The notes: generated by a model not told the origin, from the letters alone. A stretch of 64,000 nucleotides of DNA from an uncultured Verrucomicrobiae bacterium (GCA_963762565.1 CAVXLD010000001.1:672001-736000); one strand, 5' to 3'. Shown: positions 41,940 through 52,784, counted from the first letter of the stretch. Program-made: numbers and translations.

Positions 41940-42502
41940 TCGATTTCTTTGCGGTGTTCGGGCTAGAACCGCGGCCGGTAATCGATGTAGCTGTTCTGAG
42001 CGATTTATTTGCTAGCAAGAGCAAAACCGCTCATCCAGATCGCGCAGCCGACGGCGACTTTGCAACGCTGAACGAGGCGTTCAGGACGCTGAGTGACCCG
42101 ACGTCGAGAATCCGGCATCTTTTGGCGCTGTCAGGTGAAGAACCTAAACTCACGGTAGCCAGCGCCGAAGTCAGCGCCTGGTTCGGGCCGGTGGCAAACG
42201 GTTTGCAGCGATTCGACCCTATACTCCAGGCGCTTTCCCAAGAGACCAGCACACTACTCCGGGCGATCAAGATCCGGGAAAGTCAATCCGTGCTGGCAGA
42301 TTTGGACAAACTATCCGAAGGGCTTACCGGCCAAAAAGAAGGGCTGCTGCAGGCGGTGGCACGGATCGACGCCACATGGTCCGGCGCTGGCGAGACAGAC
42401 CGAGATTCGCTGGCGCAGATCGCGTGTGATTTGCGATTTGTTGAGAAATGGCTTGCCCAGATCGCCGAAAGACGGCTTCGGTTAGCCTGCATCACCGACT
42501 AA
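41936..42502 (+). CDS. hscB: HscB-like J-domain co-chaperone
   Basis: HPD motif, LNEAFRTL; ATGA overlap with iscA; precedes an Hsp70. Confidence 0.8.
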   Translation: MIDFFAVFGLEPRPVIDVAVLSDLFASKSKTAHPDRAADGDFATLNEAFRTLSDPTSRIRHLLALSGEEPKLTVASAEVSAWFGPVANGLQRFDPILQALSQETSTLLRAIKIRESQSVLADLDKLSEGLTGQKEGLLQAVARIDATWSGAGETDRDSLAQIACDLRFVEKWLAQIAERRLRLACITD

Positions 42503-42761
42503 AGCGCGTGCTTTAATCAGTGATGCAGGCTATGGCATCAGAATGTCCGGCTGACGCCCGAACATTCTGCTGCGAATTCTTGGTGCAAGACTCCCAACCC
42601 ATGTGCATCCAATGTCGATGAATATTTACTTAACTCTGAAGATGAAAATCCCAGCGCGAGCGATTTTAGACACCAGCAGAATAGCTCGGCTAAGCCGAGC
42701 TGTTCTGCCATAGCCTGCGTATCTCACAAATCAGTGACGGATTTGTGAGATACGCAGGCTT
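42483..42761. mobile_element. Three abutting palindromic miniature elements joined at TA dinucleotides
   Basis: 42483-42532 TAGCCTGC..GCAGGCTA; 42531-42712 TATGGCA..TGCCATA; 42711-42760 TAGCCTGC..GCAGGCT. Confidence 0.75.
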
Positions 42762-44576
42762 ATGAGTCAAATCGTCGGAATCGACCTAGGCACAACGAAT
42801 TCCCTAATCGGGATCATGGACTCAGGATTTCCTATCCTGCTGGCCGATTCCGATGGGTTCCGTTTGACGCCATCGATCGTGCATTTCCCGGTTTCTGGCG
42901 AACCGCTGATAGGGCGCCCGGCCGGACGGATGAGGGCCATCTCACCTGAGCGAACGGTCTTTTCAGTTAAGCGATTAATGGGGGTTCGTCCTGGTGAGAC
43001 CGGCAAAGACAGTTTTCCATTTCGAGTCGCCGATGCTCAAGGGAAGACCAGCATCGTCATCGGAGACAGAACCGTCACTCCTGAGGAGGTTTCCAGCTTA
43101 ATTCTCCGCAAGCTCAAGGCTGACGCCGAGAGGGTTCTGGGCTACTTGATTGACCGGGCGGTGATCACGGTCCCCGCTTATTTCAACGATTTGCAGCGCC
43201 AGGCCACAAAGAGAGCCGGCGAAGCAGCGGGATTCACAGTCGAGCGCATCATCAATGAACCGACCGCTGCCGCTTTGGCCTACGGACTCGACCGGCTAAA
43301 AGACCGATCCAAGATTGCAGTGTACGATCTTGGCGGCGGTACTTTTGACATTTCGATCCTCGAGCTCAATGAAGGCGTTTTTCGCGTTCTCTCGACTAAC
43401 GGTAACACGCGTTTAGGCGGAGATGATATCGACCGAGACTTGGTTCGTCTCCTCGAAGAACGCATCACTGCCCGCTATCCGGAAATCCTGCGGGACCTGA
43501 AAGAACCATTATTTTCTGCACGCCTCCGCGAGTTAGCACACGATGCCAAGCTAAGATTGTCAGAGGAAAACGCTGTTCAGATCGAGATCCCATTTCTTTC
43601 GGGGAATCGCCGCTTCAGTTATTTGCTTAGCCGCCAGGAGCTGGAAGCAATTACTCGAGCGATCATTCGGCGGACCCGTTCCCATTGTTTGCGGTCGCTG
43701 GACGATGCCAAGGTTGTGCCTCGCGATTTGGATGAGGTTATCCTCGTCGGAGGAGTTACCCGGATGCCGATTGTGCGCCAGTTCGTCGCTGAGATTTTTC
43801 AACGGCTACCGAACACATCTCAAAATCCGGATGAAGCGGTTGCCATCGGCGCCACGATCCAGGCCGGCATCATCTCTGGCGAGATCCAAAGTGTCGTACT
43901 GCTCGATGTGACTCCCTTGTCGCTAGGAGTCGAAACCTTTGGGGGTCTCATGAATGTGATCATCCCGCGAAACACCACGATTCCTTGCAAGGCAGGCGAA
44001 ATGTTCACTAACGCGGTGGCTTACCAGAAATCGATGCGAATCAAAGTCCTTCAAGGAGAGAGGGAACTAGCCAAGGATAACTGGGAGTTAGGAAGTTTTG
44101 AGATCGAATTCGTGCCCGTACCCAAAGGGGTTGCTCGGGTTGGCATCCAGTTTGAGATCGACGCGAACGGAATTCTTCATGTGTTAGCGCGCGACGTCAG
44201 CACCGGCCAACAGACAGTGCTGGATTTAGCTAGCGCGGTTGACGTCTCTAATGAAGCCGTGGAACAGATGATCGCCGAATCCGTCGATCATGCATTTGAG
44301 GATATGTCCGAGCGCGTCTGGACCGAGACCTCAATTAAAAGCAAGGAGCTGCTACCCGCAGTTAAAAGCGCTCTGACATTGGTCGGTGAGCAACTGACTC
44401 CGAAAGACAGGGAAGAAATCGAGGCGTTGGTCAACGCGGTCAGTGAGGCCCTGGAAAGCCAAGACATCCAACGCTTGAGGTCCGCCAATGCAGCGCTAGA
44501 CCGAGGCACACAGCATCTCGCGACACTGCTGATCGACCGTGCCATGTCGGAGGCGGAGAAGCGCCGAGCGGGGTGA
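42762..44576 (+). CDS. hscA: Hsp70 chaperone, HscA-like
   Basis: [32 protein letters not shown]; iscA-hscB context. Confidence 0.82.
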   Translation: MSQIVGIDLGTTNSLIGIMDSGFPILLADSDGFRLTPSIVHFPVSGEPLIGRPAGRMRAISPERTVFSVKRLMGVRPGETGKDSFPFRVADAQGKTSIVIGDRTVTPEEVSSLILRKLKADAERVLGYLIDRAVITVPAYFNDLQRQATKRAGEAAGFTVERIINEPTAAALAYGLDRLKDRSKIAVYDLGGGTFDISILELNEGVFRVLSTNGNTRLGGDDIDRDLVRLLEERITARYPEILRDLKEPLFSARLRELAHDAKLRLSEENAVQIEIPFLSGNRRFSYLLSRQELEAITRAIIRRTRSHCLRSLDDAKVVPRDLDEVILVGGVTRMPIVRQFVAEIFQRLPNTSQNPDEAVAIGATIQAGIISGEIQSVVLLDVTPLSLGVETFGGLMNVIIPRNTTIPCKAGEMFTNAVAYQKSMRIKVLQGERELAKDNWELGSFEIEFVPVPKGVARVGIQFEIDANGILHVLARDVSTGQQTVLDLASAVDVSNEAVEQMIAESVDHAFEDMSERVWTETSIKSKELLPAVKSALTLVGEQLTPKDREEIEALVNAVSEALESQDIQRLRSANAALDRGTQHLATLLIDRAMSEAEKRRAG

Positions 44577-44845
44577 GACGCGAAACGGCGCACCGGCGAA
44601 AGGGCGAAACGGCGAACCGAGGCGCGAATCGTAGGAGGGCGCGCGTCCTCGCGCGCCGCGACGACGTTCCAGACCTAGAGACGTATTTGATTCCTCGTTC
44701 CGCAAAGACGCTCGACTCTGCGAACAACGGATCGCGGGGACGCGATCCCTCCCCTCGCCCTTTCGCCCTTTCGCCTTTTCGCCCTTTCGCCTTTTCGCCC
44801 TTTCGCCCTTTCGCCCTTTCGCCGGTGCGCCCTTTCGCCGTTTCG
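44575..44845. repeat. Family A REP pair wrapped in inverted (GGCGAAA)n / (TTTCGCCC)n repeats
   Basis: Tandem ttcgccc(t) units at about 44755-44845 opposite ggcgaaa units at 44580-44617. Confidence 0.85.
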
Positions 44846-44848
44846 CAA

Positions 44849-46132
44849 CTACCGCTCTCCATCCACCCTCGGCAGCCGGATGATAAAAGTGGCTCCTTGG
44901 CCCGGAGCACTCTCCAACTCAACACTTCCACCGTGAGATTGTGCGGTGTGTTTCACGATCGAAAGGCCAAGGCCGGTGCCGCCGGCATCCCGAGAACGAT
45001 CTTTGTGAACTCGATAAAATCTCTCGAAGATGTGAGGCTGATCACTGAGCGGGATTCCCGGGCCATTGTCTCTAACCTTCAGGACGAGTTCGACAGGGGT
45101 AAAATCGACCTCGATCAACACCCTTGGCTGCGATTTACCGCCGTATTTTAAAGCGTTATCAAGCAGATTGAAAATAGCCTGCTCAATTTTGACTTGATCT
45201 GCCTCGATGACGGGTAGATCTGGGGCGATCCTAGTCTCGACCGCGGCGGCTGACGCCTGGATCATCGGTTCGGACTTCTCTAACACCTTTTCAATGCACG
45301 TTTGAAGCTGGAAACGCTCCCAGTTCAGGTGCGGTTCTTGCGATTCCAAGCGAGCAAGCTCAAGCAGATCGTCCACTAGTAGATTGAGCCGCTGAGCGTG
45401 CTTGTGCATGATTGCTAGAAAGCGGCGGCGAGTGGCTGCATCTGGACTTGACTCCAGCAGCGTCTCCAAATATCCGGTCAGGATTGAAAGAGGGGTGCGC
45501 AGTTCGTGTGAGACATTGGCCACAAAATCCTTTCTAACGGCCTCCAGGGATCGAATCTGGGTTACGTCGTGAAACACAACCAAAATGCCGCCTGAACCTT
45601 CCTGTTTTGGCCGGCGCAAACTGACCGAAGTGACTTGAAAATGCTTCGGCACAAACTTGTCACCCTCTCGAATATCAACCGGGATTTCGTTCTCTTGAGG
45701 TTGGTTCGTTTCGACCGTGCTCTGGGCCATTTGATGCAAGAGATGATTCCGAAATACTTCTAAAATCGTGCGCCCTACAGGAACCCTCGAGAAGGAGAAC
45801 ATCCGCTGTAGCCGCTCGTTAACCAGACGGATGGTGAGGTCCGAGTTCGCAACTAGCACGCCCTCGCTCATGCTCCCTAAAATCGCCCGGAGGCTCAGAT
45901 CTTCGTCCGCCACTAGCTGCGTCATTTCCCGTTGCCGGTGTTCGATCCGGCGTAACTGGTGATAGATTTCGCGAACCACCGCTGGTCCCTTTCCGCCAGT
46001 GCTGATTCGCGCCTCTTCCGCCAGACGGCGAGCGTCATTCCGGATACGAACAAGCTCGCGCCACAGGATCCAGGTTGTGACCATGGATCCGCCAAGGAGA
46101 ACTGACAAAGCGATTAGCCAAGTTGTCGTCAC
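44849..46132 (-). CDS. phoR: Sensor histidine kinase, PhoR-like
   Basis: PAS; DFVANVSHELRTP, NLLDNALKY, FERFYRV, GTGLGL. Confidence 0.85.
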   Translation of the reverse strand: MTTTWLIALSVLLGGSMVTTWILWRELVRIRNDARRLAEEARISTGGKGPAVVREIYHQLRRIEHRQREMTQLVADEDLSLRAILGSMSEGVLVANSDLTIRLVNERLQRMFSFSRVPVGRTILEVFRNHLLHQMAQSTVETNQPQENEIPVDIREGDKFVPKHFQVTSVSLRRPKQEGSGGILVVFHDVTQIRSLEAVRKDFVANVSHELRTPLSILTGYLETLLESSPDAATRRRFLAIMHKHAQRLNLLVDDLLELARLESQEPHLNWERFQLQTCIEKVLEKSEPMIQASAAAVETRIAPDLPVIEADQVKIEQAIFNLLDNALKYGGKSQPRVLIEVDFTPVELVLKVRDNGPGIPLSDQPHIFERFYRVHKDRSRDAGGTGLGLSIVKHTAQSHGGSVELESAPGQGATFIIRLPRVDGER

Positions 46133-46818
46133 GGTGCCGGATTGGCCAAGAAACGGTATCCTTCACCCCGGATAGTGACAATTCTGTCTGCAGTTTCACC
46201 GAGTTTTTCCCGGAGCCGCCTGATATGGGTGTCCACCGTCCGAGTATCGATAATGTTTTCGTAACCCCAAACGTCTTGCAACAGGGTCTGGCGTGAGAGC
46301 GTGCGTCCTCGCCTTTCCAAAAGAGCAACCAGCAACTTAAACTCAGTGGTGGTCAACTCGAGGCGCTTGCCGCTAACGCTGATCTCGAAGTTGTTTTTAT
46401 CGACGCGGAATTCATCCACGGTGAGAACGGAGGCGGACTCAACCATCCGGAGGCGTCGCAATAAATTCTGGATCCGTAGAACCAGTTCCCTAGGGCTGAA
46501 CGGCTTCGTGAGGTAGTCATCGACACCCAGTTCGAGACCCAGAATACGATCGGAAATTTCGGCTTTAGCAGTAAGAATGACGACAGGAATAGAGGAGGTC
46601 TCAGCTGAAGCTCTGAGTGCCTTAAGCACTTCGATCCCCGTCATGTGAGGGAGCATAATATCGAGAATAATGGCGTCAGGGCGCCGTTCTTTCGCCGCGT
46701 TCAGCCCGCCTGCACCCGTCAGCGCAACGTGGACTTCGAAGCCGGAACGGTGCAAATGATAGCGAACAAGGTCGACTACATCCGGTTCGTCATCTACCAC
46801 TAGGACAGTATTTCGCAT
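46129..46818 (-). CDS. phoB: OmpR/PhoB-family response regulator
   Basis: REC (VDD, LDIMLP, KPF) plus wHTH (RTVDTHIRRLR, GEGYRF); overlaps the phoR start. Confidence 0.82.
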   Translation of the reverse strand: MRNTVLVVDDEPDVVDLVRYHLHRSGFEVHVALTGAGGLNAAKERRPDAIILDIMLPHMTGIEVLKALRASAETSSIPVVILTAKAEISDRILGLELGVDDYLTKPFSPRELVLRIQNLLRRLRMVESASVLTVDEFRVDKNNFEISVSGKRLELTTTEFKLLVALLERRGRTLSRQTLLQDVWGYENIIDTRTVDTHIRRLREKLGETADRIVTIRGEGYRFLANPAP

Positions 46819-47036
46819 GCTCTGCCGGAGCGTAGCCCAACCCGATGAGAGCCTTCAAGAAATCGTCCGAAAAAATGATCCGGGCTGCGCACGCCAAGGA
46901 GTAGAAGTCGAGAGAAATCGTGCGCAGACCCGAATCGCCTTAACCAATGATGTAGACAGGCCGCACCAGGGAGTGTTCAAACGTTTCTCTTTTTTTCTTG
47001 CGTCGGGGACCGATTTTTTCGTCAGGCGCCGGTTTT

Positions 47037-47070
<34 letters not shown>

Positions 47071-47468
47071 CCTCGTGCTCGTCATTTGGGGGGCGGATTC
47101 TGGATCTTTGGGTCGCCAGGCCCCAGCGCCTGGAGGGGAGCCGCTTTGTAGGATGGCAGCTCTGTAGATTGTTTGGAGGCGGCTCCCGGAAAGGCCCCTG
47201 ATCTGAGCCTAGCCCCTGACCGGTGAACATTCGGCCACCACGAAACAAGACGTGATAGAACAAATACGCGCTGGAACATTCCCGGGAGCCGCCTGTCTAG
47301 CCCGAAGCTTTCGGTGGCTGCCGACCGGCAGACCCTGCCATCCTACAAAGCGGCTCCCCTCCAGAGCGCTGGACGTAGGTCGCTTTCGAGGACGAGAACG
47401 AAGCGCCCTGAGGTAGTTGAAATAGGCGGTCAACGCTCGGGCTCTGAGGTGGCAGGCTCTAACCCCCA

Positions 47469-47921
47469 CTACTTCAAACTAACCAGCAGATACGCGGTCT
47501 CGGATCGCCAATTGAGGGGGATAGCGTAGTTCCGTCCTGCGGTACGGAGATCGGCGCTTAACCTCGGACCAACGATAACGGTCGGGACAGAAATCCGGAA
47601 GTCGCTACCGAACTCCTCTCTCGCGTTACCGCTCAGGGTATTCGCGATTTCGCCGACCAGATCCCGCTTTGCAGCGTCGTCGCGCCGGTCGTCTTTGAGG
47701 AGCGATAGAATCGTTTCCAGCATTCCGCCATTCGCCGTAAAACAAACCGCGCCTTGGCAACGCCCACTCACCGGGATGATCCCGGTGTACTCCAATAACG
47801 GACCCAATTCGTCCCGCAAAAAAGGCGGCTCAATGACGAGGGTTGGTTTCGGCTCCAAAGCCTCGAAATACCGGCGGGCCATCGTAATGAAAATCCGGAT
47901 ATCCTGGTCGTTCATTTTCAC
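47469..47921 (-). CDS. cheX: CheX-family phosphatase
   Basis: TGIIPVSG, DLVGEIANTLSGN (ExxN), ISVPTVI. Confidence 0.88.
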   Translation of the reverse strand: MKMNDQDIRIFITMARRYFEALEPKPTLVIEPPFLRDELGPLLEYTGIIPVSGRCQGAVCFTANGGMLETILSLLKDDRRDDAAKRDLVGEIANTLSGNAREEFGSDFRISVPTVIVGPRLSADLRTAGRNYAIPLNWRSETAYLLVSLK

Positions 47922-47923
47922 AA

Positions 47924-48283
47924 CTAATCAGTGAGCAGCAACTCAAAGGCTTCCCGTAACTCCTCCGGGTTCATTGGCTTACATAAAAATCCGCGAGCAC
48001 CTCGTTTCAATGCGATCAGCGCGGTAGCCTGGTCGCGCAAGGCGGAAATGATCAAGATCTTAGCCTCCGGGTTGATTTTTAGAAGGTTCTCAAGGCAGGT
48101 CAACCCGTCCATTCTCGGCATTGTGATATCAAGCGTGATCACATCATGCAGTTTCTCTTGATAGAGTCGAACCGCTTCTTCGCCGTCGCCCGCCTGATCC
48201 ACCTCGGTAATATCACCGCTCTCGAGGTCGCGCTGGATGGCCAGCCGGACCACGCTTGAGTCGTCAACAATCAAAAGTCTCAT
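47924..48283 (-). CDS. Single-domain response regulator (CheY-like)
   Basis: IVDDS, LDITMPRMDG, ISA, KP; start ATG 48283 overlaps the kinase end. Confidence 0.92.
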   Translation of the reverse strand: MRLLIVDDSSVVRLAIQRDLESGDITEVDQAGDGEEAVRLYQEKLHDVITLDITMPRMDGLTCLENLLKINPEAKILIISALRDQATALIALKRGARGFLCKPMNPEELREAFELLLTD

Positions 48284-51200
48284 TCGTCGAAATCCTGACA
48301 CGAAACTCAGTAAAACTTCCCATCTTAGACGAAACCTTAATCTCGCCGCCAAGTCGTTTAGCTAGATCTTGCACAGCGTCCAGCCCAACACCGCGGCCAG
48401 CGTCCCGAGTCGATTGTTCGAGGGTAGTAAATCCTGGTTTAAACAACAGATTAGTGAGTTCTGCCTCGCTCCACTGGCCAATCGCCTCCTTGTCGGCATA
48501 CCCAGCTTCTACGGCCCGCCTGCGAAGAGCCGAGAAGTCCAACCCTCTTCCATCGTCTCGCACCCCAAATTCAAAACAATGCGGGTACGGTCGACAAGAG
48601 AAAATGTGAATATCACCGACAGGATGTTTGCCGCTGTTCACCCGCTGAAACGGCAGCTCTACGCCATGAGCAGCGGCATTGCGGACGAGTTGAGTTAAGA
48701 TAGTGTGAACCGTTTCCGATAACGATTTGGGCTCAGCCGGAATTGTTGCAGCCAAATCAAAGGTTACGTGGACTTTTTTGCCGCTCCTGCGGGCGACTTC
48801 TTCCGCAAGCTCGGCCAAAGCATCGAACTCAACATTGTCTGTCGACGATTTGTGGCTGAAGACCTTTTGCATCTCCAGCAATCGATCAATCAGCTCGCGG
48901 GTCATATTGATTCGGTCCCTCATCTGGCCCAGACCGGTGGTAATTGGCAAAAAATGCTCTCCCGAGATTCCTTCTGCTTGCTGGATCGCAACCACCTCCT
49001 CTTCGAGTTGATTCGCCAAATCCTCAAAGTAGGAAAGATGGATCACGGTCGCGTTTCCTTTGATGAGATGGAGTGACCGCAAGATTGTCTGTAAAAGCCG
49101 CCCGTACCTGAGCGAACGCTGTTCCCCTGTCTCCCCGGTTTTGCTGGCAAATTGGCCGGCCTCGAGGGCCTTTACCATGGCATCGGTCTGGATCTCTGTA
49201 TGGGTTAGGAATTCCTGCAAGGTACGCGGATCAACGTGCATGATCCCAAACAACATCTCGATCTGGGTTTGGGCTTTTGCCTCGCTCTCGCGAATTTGGC
49301 GCTTCAACGAGACACTCGTGGTAACGTCCAACACTGTGACCATGATCTGCGTAGGCTTCCCAGCCGCCAGCACCCGATTGAACCGAAACTCTAAGAACCT
49401 TGTCCGGCTAGATCCGGTTGGATCATGTTGCCGGAATTCGACTTCGAGCAAGGGGTTGGTTTGGGCAATCAATTTGTCCTTAATCTTAGGGTTTTGAAGC
49501 AACTCCAGATATAACGTCGTCGCTTCCAGGGTCGCCGGTGCGAGCACCGGCTCCAAGATTTGGCCAGTGGGCCGGAGCAGATCCAGAAAATTGAGTCCCA
49601 CTATTTCGCGGTGAAAAATCTCTATCGTTGCCCTCGAGCAACCGGGTTGAATGATCAGGTCAGGCCCAATCAGGAACAATCCTTCGTTAACCGTCTCCAA
49701 GATCTTCCTGATCTGATTAGTTCCCGCCACCACTTGATCAACCATGGTATTAAATCGCGAAGCCAGGAAACCGACTTCATCCGAAGTCATCACCGGTGCT
49801 CGCGCAGAAAGATCTCCACCCCCGATCTTTTCAGCTGTCGCCACAAGTTGCCCAATGGGACCTAAGAGAAAATGAGAAAAGACGATGATGCCTCCAATCG
49901 CAAATACGAGAATCACCAAGCCGCCGATCGCGACCAGGCGAGCGAGATCTTGGGCCGGCATGAACGCTTCGTCGGTGTCGATCCTGATCACCAAGCCCCA
50001 GTCTAGTTGCGGAAGAGGTAGCATACCGAATACCCCGAGCGATTCCCGGCCCCGTTCGTCGGTAAAAGTTACCTCTCCCATTCCACTTGGCGCTTTACCC
50101 GAAAAGAGCTCATCGACCGCCCGGTTGTGCAAAGGAAAGGCAAGGATCGACGTTCGCCCGTCCGGCAACCCGTTGTCATTGTAGCTGGGAATTGTGAGAG
50201 CGGCCGGCAACTCTTGCAGAAACCGGGATTCGGTTCGCAAGCGCCGGTCCGGCCCCACGATATAAGCTTCCCCGGATCTACCCAAACCAACCTGGGTCCA
50301 GTGCTCGTCAAAGGTGATGATGCTGGTTATCTGACGGCTATCGATCTCGTGTACCAGAACACCCTGCTGTTCGCCCAGCCGGTCACTGATTGCGCAGCCC
50401 AGAAACATCACCGGCCGGTTGTTCTTTGCCGGATAGTCTTCCATATCGGTGACCATCACGTGATCTGCGTCCGGCGAACTACTCGCCCCAGGAGGGCCAT
50501 ACCACGCGCCTACAAAGACTCGCTTAAGGTTGGTGTTAGCTAACCAGCCGCTTAGAACATTGGTGCCCAGATCCCAACTTTTCTTATAGGAGTAAACGAC
50601 ATTGCCCCGGTTATCGATGAAGAGCAGGTCGTTATATCGGTTTCTGCCGACCACAGACTCAATGGACGGCTGATAGCGCTCGACCGCCCTCGCGTAGGTC
50701 GTTTTTGAGAATGCCGCTCGGATCCTCGACACCGGCGAATCGGTGCTGGTGTTTTCTCCGGCGGATTCATTACCCACTCCAGAGCCGAGGCCAGCCGAGC
50801 CTCCTAGCACATACATGTACTGAACGATCACTCCTTCCCGGCTCAGGTCCGTTATTTGAGCGAGAGCCCGCTTGGAAATATCAAGGCCAGACATGGGAGC
50901 GAAATAGTTTTGATAGGCGATTCGCAATTGGTCCCGGAGACTGGCGATTAGTTTATCGTCCACCGACAAACCGGCATCTTCTAGATCATCTATCAGCTCC
51001 TGGTACCCGGCGGACAATTCCGAGGCCGCATATCGGAAAGTCTGGCTCTCAGCCTGGGTGGCGATCCCTCTGCGATGATCGGCGAAGAATCGGGAAATCA
51101 CCTCGGAAAAAGACTCGCGCAACGACCTGAATCCATCGAGCCGGGCCCGTCGCAACGCTCCGGCAGAGAGAAAAAAGGCGGCTGAGGAAAGACCCAGGAT

Positions 51201-51359
51201 CGCGACGCTGAGCAATAACAAGGTAAAAAGCAATAGCTTGTCGCGGATAGACAGGCCACGGCGACCGTCCTCTGGTCGATACTGCGGCAAGGTTGGACTC
51301 AGACCGTTTTGTGGAACCTTCACTCGACAAACGCCCAATCTCACTTTCGAGATTGGCAC
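48264..51359 (-). CDS. Membrane-bound CheA-like histidine kinase: Cache-HAMP-PAS-like-HPt-HATPase, no CheW domain
   Basis: Two TMs; HAMP (DEVGFLASRFNTM); HPt (LHLIKGNA); CheA-type LVRNAAAHG, DDGRG, PGFTT, GRGVGLD. Start uncertain. Confidence 0.88.
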   Translation of the reverse strand: MPISKVRLGVCRVKVPQNGLSPTLPQYRPEDGRRGLSIRDKLLLFTLLLLSVAILGLSSAAFFLSAGALRRARLDGFRSLRESFSEVISRFFADHRRGIATQAESQTFRYAASELSAGYQELIDDLEDAGLSVDDKLIASLRDQLRIAYQNYFAPMSGLDISKRALAQITDLSREGVIVQYMYVLGGSAGLGSGVGNESAGENTSTDSPVSRIRAAFSKTTYARAVERYQPSIESVVGRNRYNDLLFIDNRGNVVYSYKKSWDLGTNVLSGWLANTNLKRVFVGAWYGPPGASSSPDADHVMVTDMEDYPAKNNRPVMFLGCAISDRLGEQQGVLVHEIDSRQITSIITFDEHWTQVGLGRSGEAYIVGPDRRLRTESRFLQELPAALTIPSYNDNGLPDGRTSILAFPLHNRAVDELFSGKAPSGMGEVTFTDERGRESLGVFGMLPLPQLDWGLVIRIDTDEAFMPAQDLARLVAIGGLVILVFAIGGIIVFSHFLLGPIGQLVATAEKIGGGDLSARAPVMTSDEVGFLASRFNTMVDQVVAGTNQIRKILETVNEGLFLIGPDLIIQPGCSRATIEIFHREIVGLNFLDLLRPTGQILEPVLAPATLEATTLYLELLQNPKIKDKLIAQTNPLLEVEFRQHDPTGSSRTRFLEFRFNRVLAAGKPTQIMVTVLDVTTSVSLKRQIRESEAKAQTQIEMLFGIMHVDPRTLQEFLTHTEIQTDAMVKALEAGQFASKTGETGEQRSLRYGRLLQTILRSLHLIKGNATVIHLSYFEDLANQLEEEVVAIQQAEGISGEHFLPITTGLGQMRDRINMTRELIDRLLEMQKVFSHKSSTDNVEFDALAELAEEVARRSGKKVHVTFDLAATIPAEPKSLSETVHTILTQLVRNAAAHGVELPFQRVNSGKHPVGDIHIFSCRPYPHCFEFGVRDDGRGLDFSALRRRAVEAGYADKEAIGQWSEAELTNLLFKPGFTTLEQSTRDAGRGVGLDAVQDLAKRLGGEIKVSSKMGSFTEFRVRISTNETFDC

Positions 51360-51470
51360 AAAAGTTGGTAGTTTAACATACGCCGTTCAAAATCCAAAGG
51401 TGAATGATCGAAACGAAAATCCACTTGGCGAATAGGGAAGTTGAGGTAGTCTAAAACTCCCTTGGGAGAC

Positions 51471-51546
51471 GGTGGTCGTAGCTCAATGGTAGAGCCCTGG
51501 ATTGTGGTTCCAGCTGTTGCGGGTTCGAGTCCCGTCGACCACCCCA
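51471..51546 (+). tRNA. tRNA-His (GTG)
   Basis: G-1, acceptor GTGGTCG/CGACCAC, anticodon arm CTGGA-TTGTGGT-TCCAG, GGTTCGAGTCC T-arm, C73, encoded CCA. Confidence 0.97.
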
Positions 51547-51574
51547 CCGAGCGGGCTCGCCTTATACTTGCCCG

Positions 51575-51665
51575 CAATAGCAAATAGAAAATCGAAAATA
51601 GCAAATAGGGGGTACGCGTCACCCACCGTTGTTTTGCAGGAATTTGCTATCTGCTATTTGCTATT
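51575..51665. repeat. Inverted 7-mer repeats (GCAAATA)n / (ATTTGCT)n
   Basis: gcaatagcaaatagaaaatcgaaaatagcaaata ... atttgctatctgctatttgctatt; single arm also near 31308-31340. Confidence 0.8.
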
Positions 51666-51715
51666 CTGGGCGAGGCCGAGACGACTCCCTTGCGGGCAAA
51701 ATCAGCCTTCGATCT

Positions 51716-52198
51716 ATGGCACGCACTGCTCCACCTATTGCCATCGAGCCCAGGGATCCACTGGGCCAGGAGGCGCTATTTCTGCTCCATGAAGCCGCGT
51801 TGGAGGCTCGCCAACTTTACCCGGACTTATTCGCTCCGGGGGCGCCGATGCCGACCAACCAGGCGCATAAGTCATGCGACATCTATCTCATCGCATTCTT
51901 GGACGGCAAACCGGTGGGATGTGGGGCTCTAAGGAAATTCGACGAGACAACGGCTGAAGTGCGCCGGATGTATGTCCTTAAGGAAGCCCGCCGGGCTGGT
52001 ATCGGTCAGGCAATTTTAGCCCGGCTGGAAGAGGGGGCCCTTCGTCTTGGGTACACAATGCTCGTCCTTGAAACCGGCAACCGCCAACACCCTGCGATGA
52101 GTTTATATGAATCCTACGGCTTCACCCGAATCCCGGCATTCGGTTCGTACGTCAATGATCCAGTTAGCGTTTGTTATTCCAAGAGGGTGGTAGGGTAA
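51716..52198 (+). CDS. GNAT N-acetyltransferase
   Basis: VGCGAL, EVRRMYV, RRAGIG, LETG..Q..A..LYES.GF. Confidence 0.92.
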   Translation: MARTAPPIAIEPRDPLGQEALFLLHEAALEARQLYPDLFAPGAPMPTNQAHKSCDIYLIAFLDGKPVGCGALRKFDETTAEVRRMYVLKEARRAGIGQAILARLEEGALRLGYTMLVLETGNRQHPAMSLYESYGFTRIPAFGSYVNDPVSVCYSKRVVG

Positions 52199-52361
52199 GA
52201 TGCCATGCCCGGGAGGGATCGCGTCCTCGCGGCGCGCGGGGACGCGCGCCCTCCCGGCATGCGACCGCCTCCCCGCAACGAGAACGAACCACCCCCTCCC
52301 CCAAATCTGAGATTGTGTTTAACCCGATTTTTTGGTCCAAAGACGAGTTGCTTTCCATCCC

Positions 52362-52784
52362 ATGAAACTCTGCTTCCTGCTTGTTTTCCTACTGAGCGTC
52401 TCGGCCGCTTTCGCCGACGACGCGATCAAGATCGTTTCTCCGGATAATACGAGTACCCTGGTTGTCGATAAATCGGGAAAACGGGACCTGATTGTCCTGC
52501 ACTCCGGAAAAATCAGGCATCGGCTGTTCTACGAAGACCTGGACACGCTATTTCGAGCTAAACTCGCCACGGCTTTCAATGCGTCGTTAAACAAGGTCGG
52601 AAAAGTTGTTCTTCCAACATTCAAGAGCGCTCGCTGGATATCTCCGGAAGAAGTGGAAATCAAAGGGGAATCCACGGTGATCATCAATGAGGATTCCGGG
52701 GACGACTTTGGGTTTACAGCCGTGGTTTCGAAGACAGGAAACATCAAAGACCTCAGCATTACCCCACAAGGTCGCGCGCAGTAA
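52362..52784 (+). CDS. Secreted hypothetical protein
   Basis: Signal peptide MKLCFLLVFLLSVSAAFA. Confidence 0.75.
   Translation: MKLCFLLVFLLSVSAAFADDAIKIVSPDNTSTLVVDKSGKRDLIVLHSGKIRHRLFYEDLDTLFRAKLATAFNASLNKVGKVVLPTFKSARWISPEEVEIKGESTVIINEDSGDDFGFTAVVSKTGNIKDLSITPQGRAQ

Noticed and set aside
44440..45151. ORFs 44440-44931 and 44573-45151
   Set aside because: They are derived from repeats and overlap hscA or phoR in antisense.
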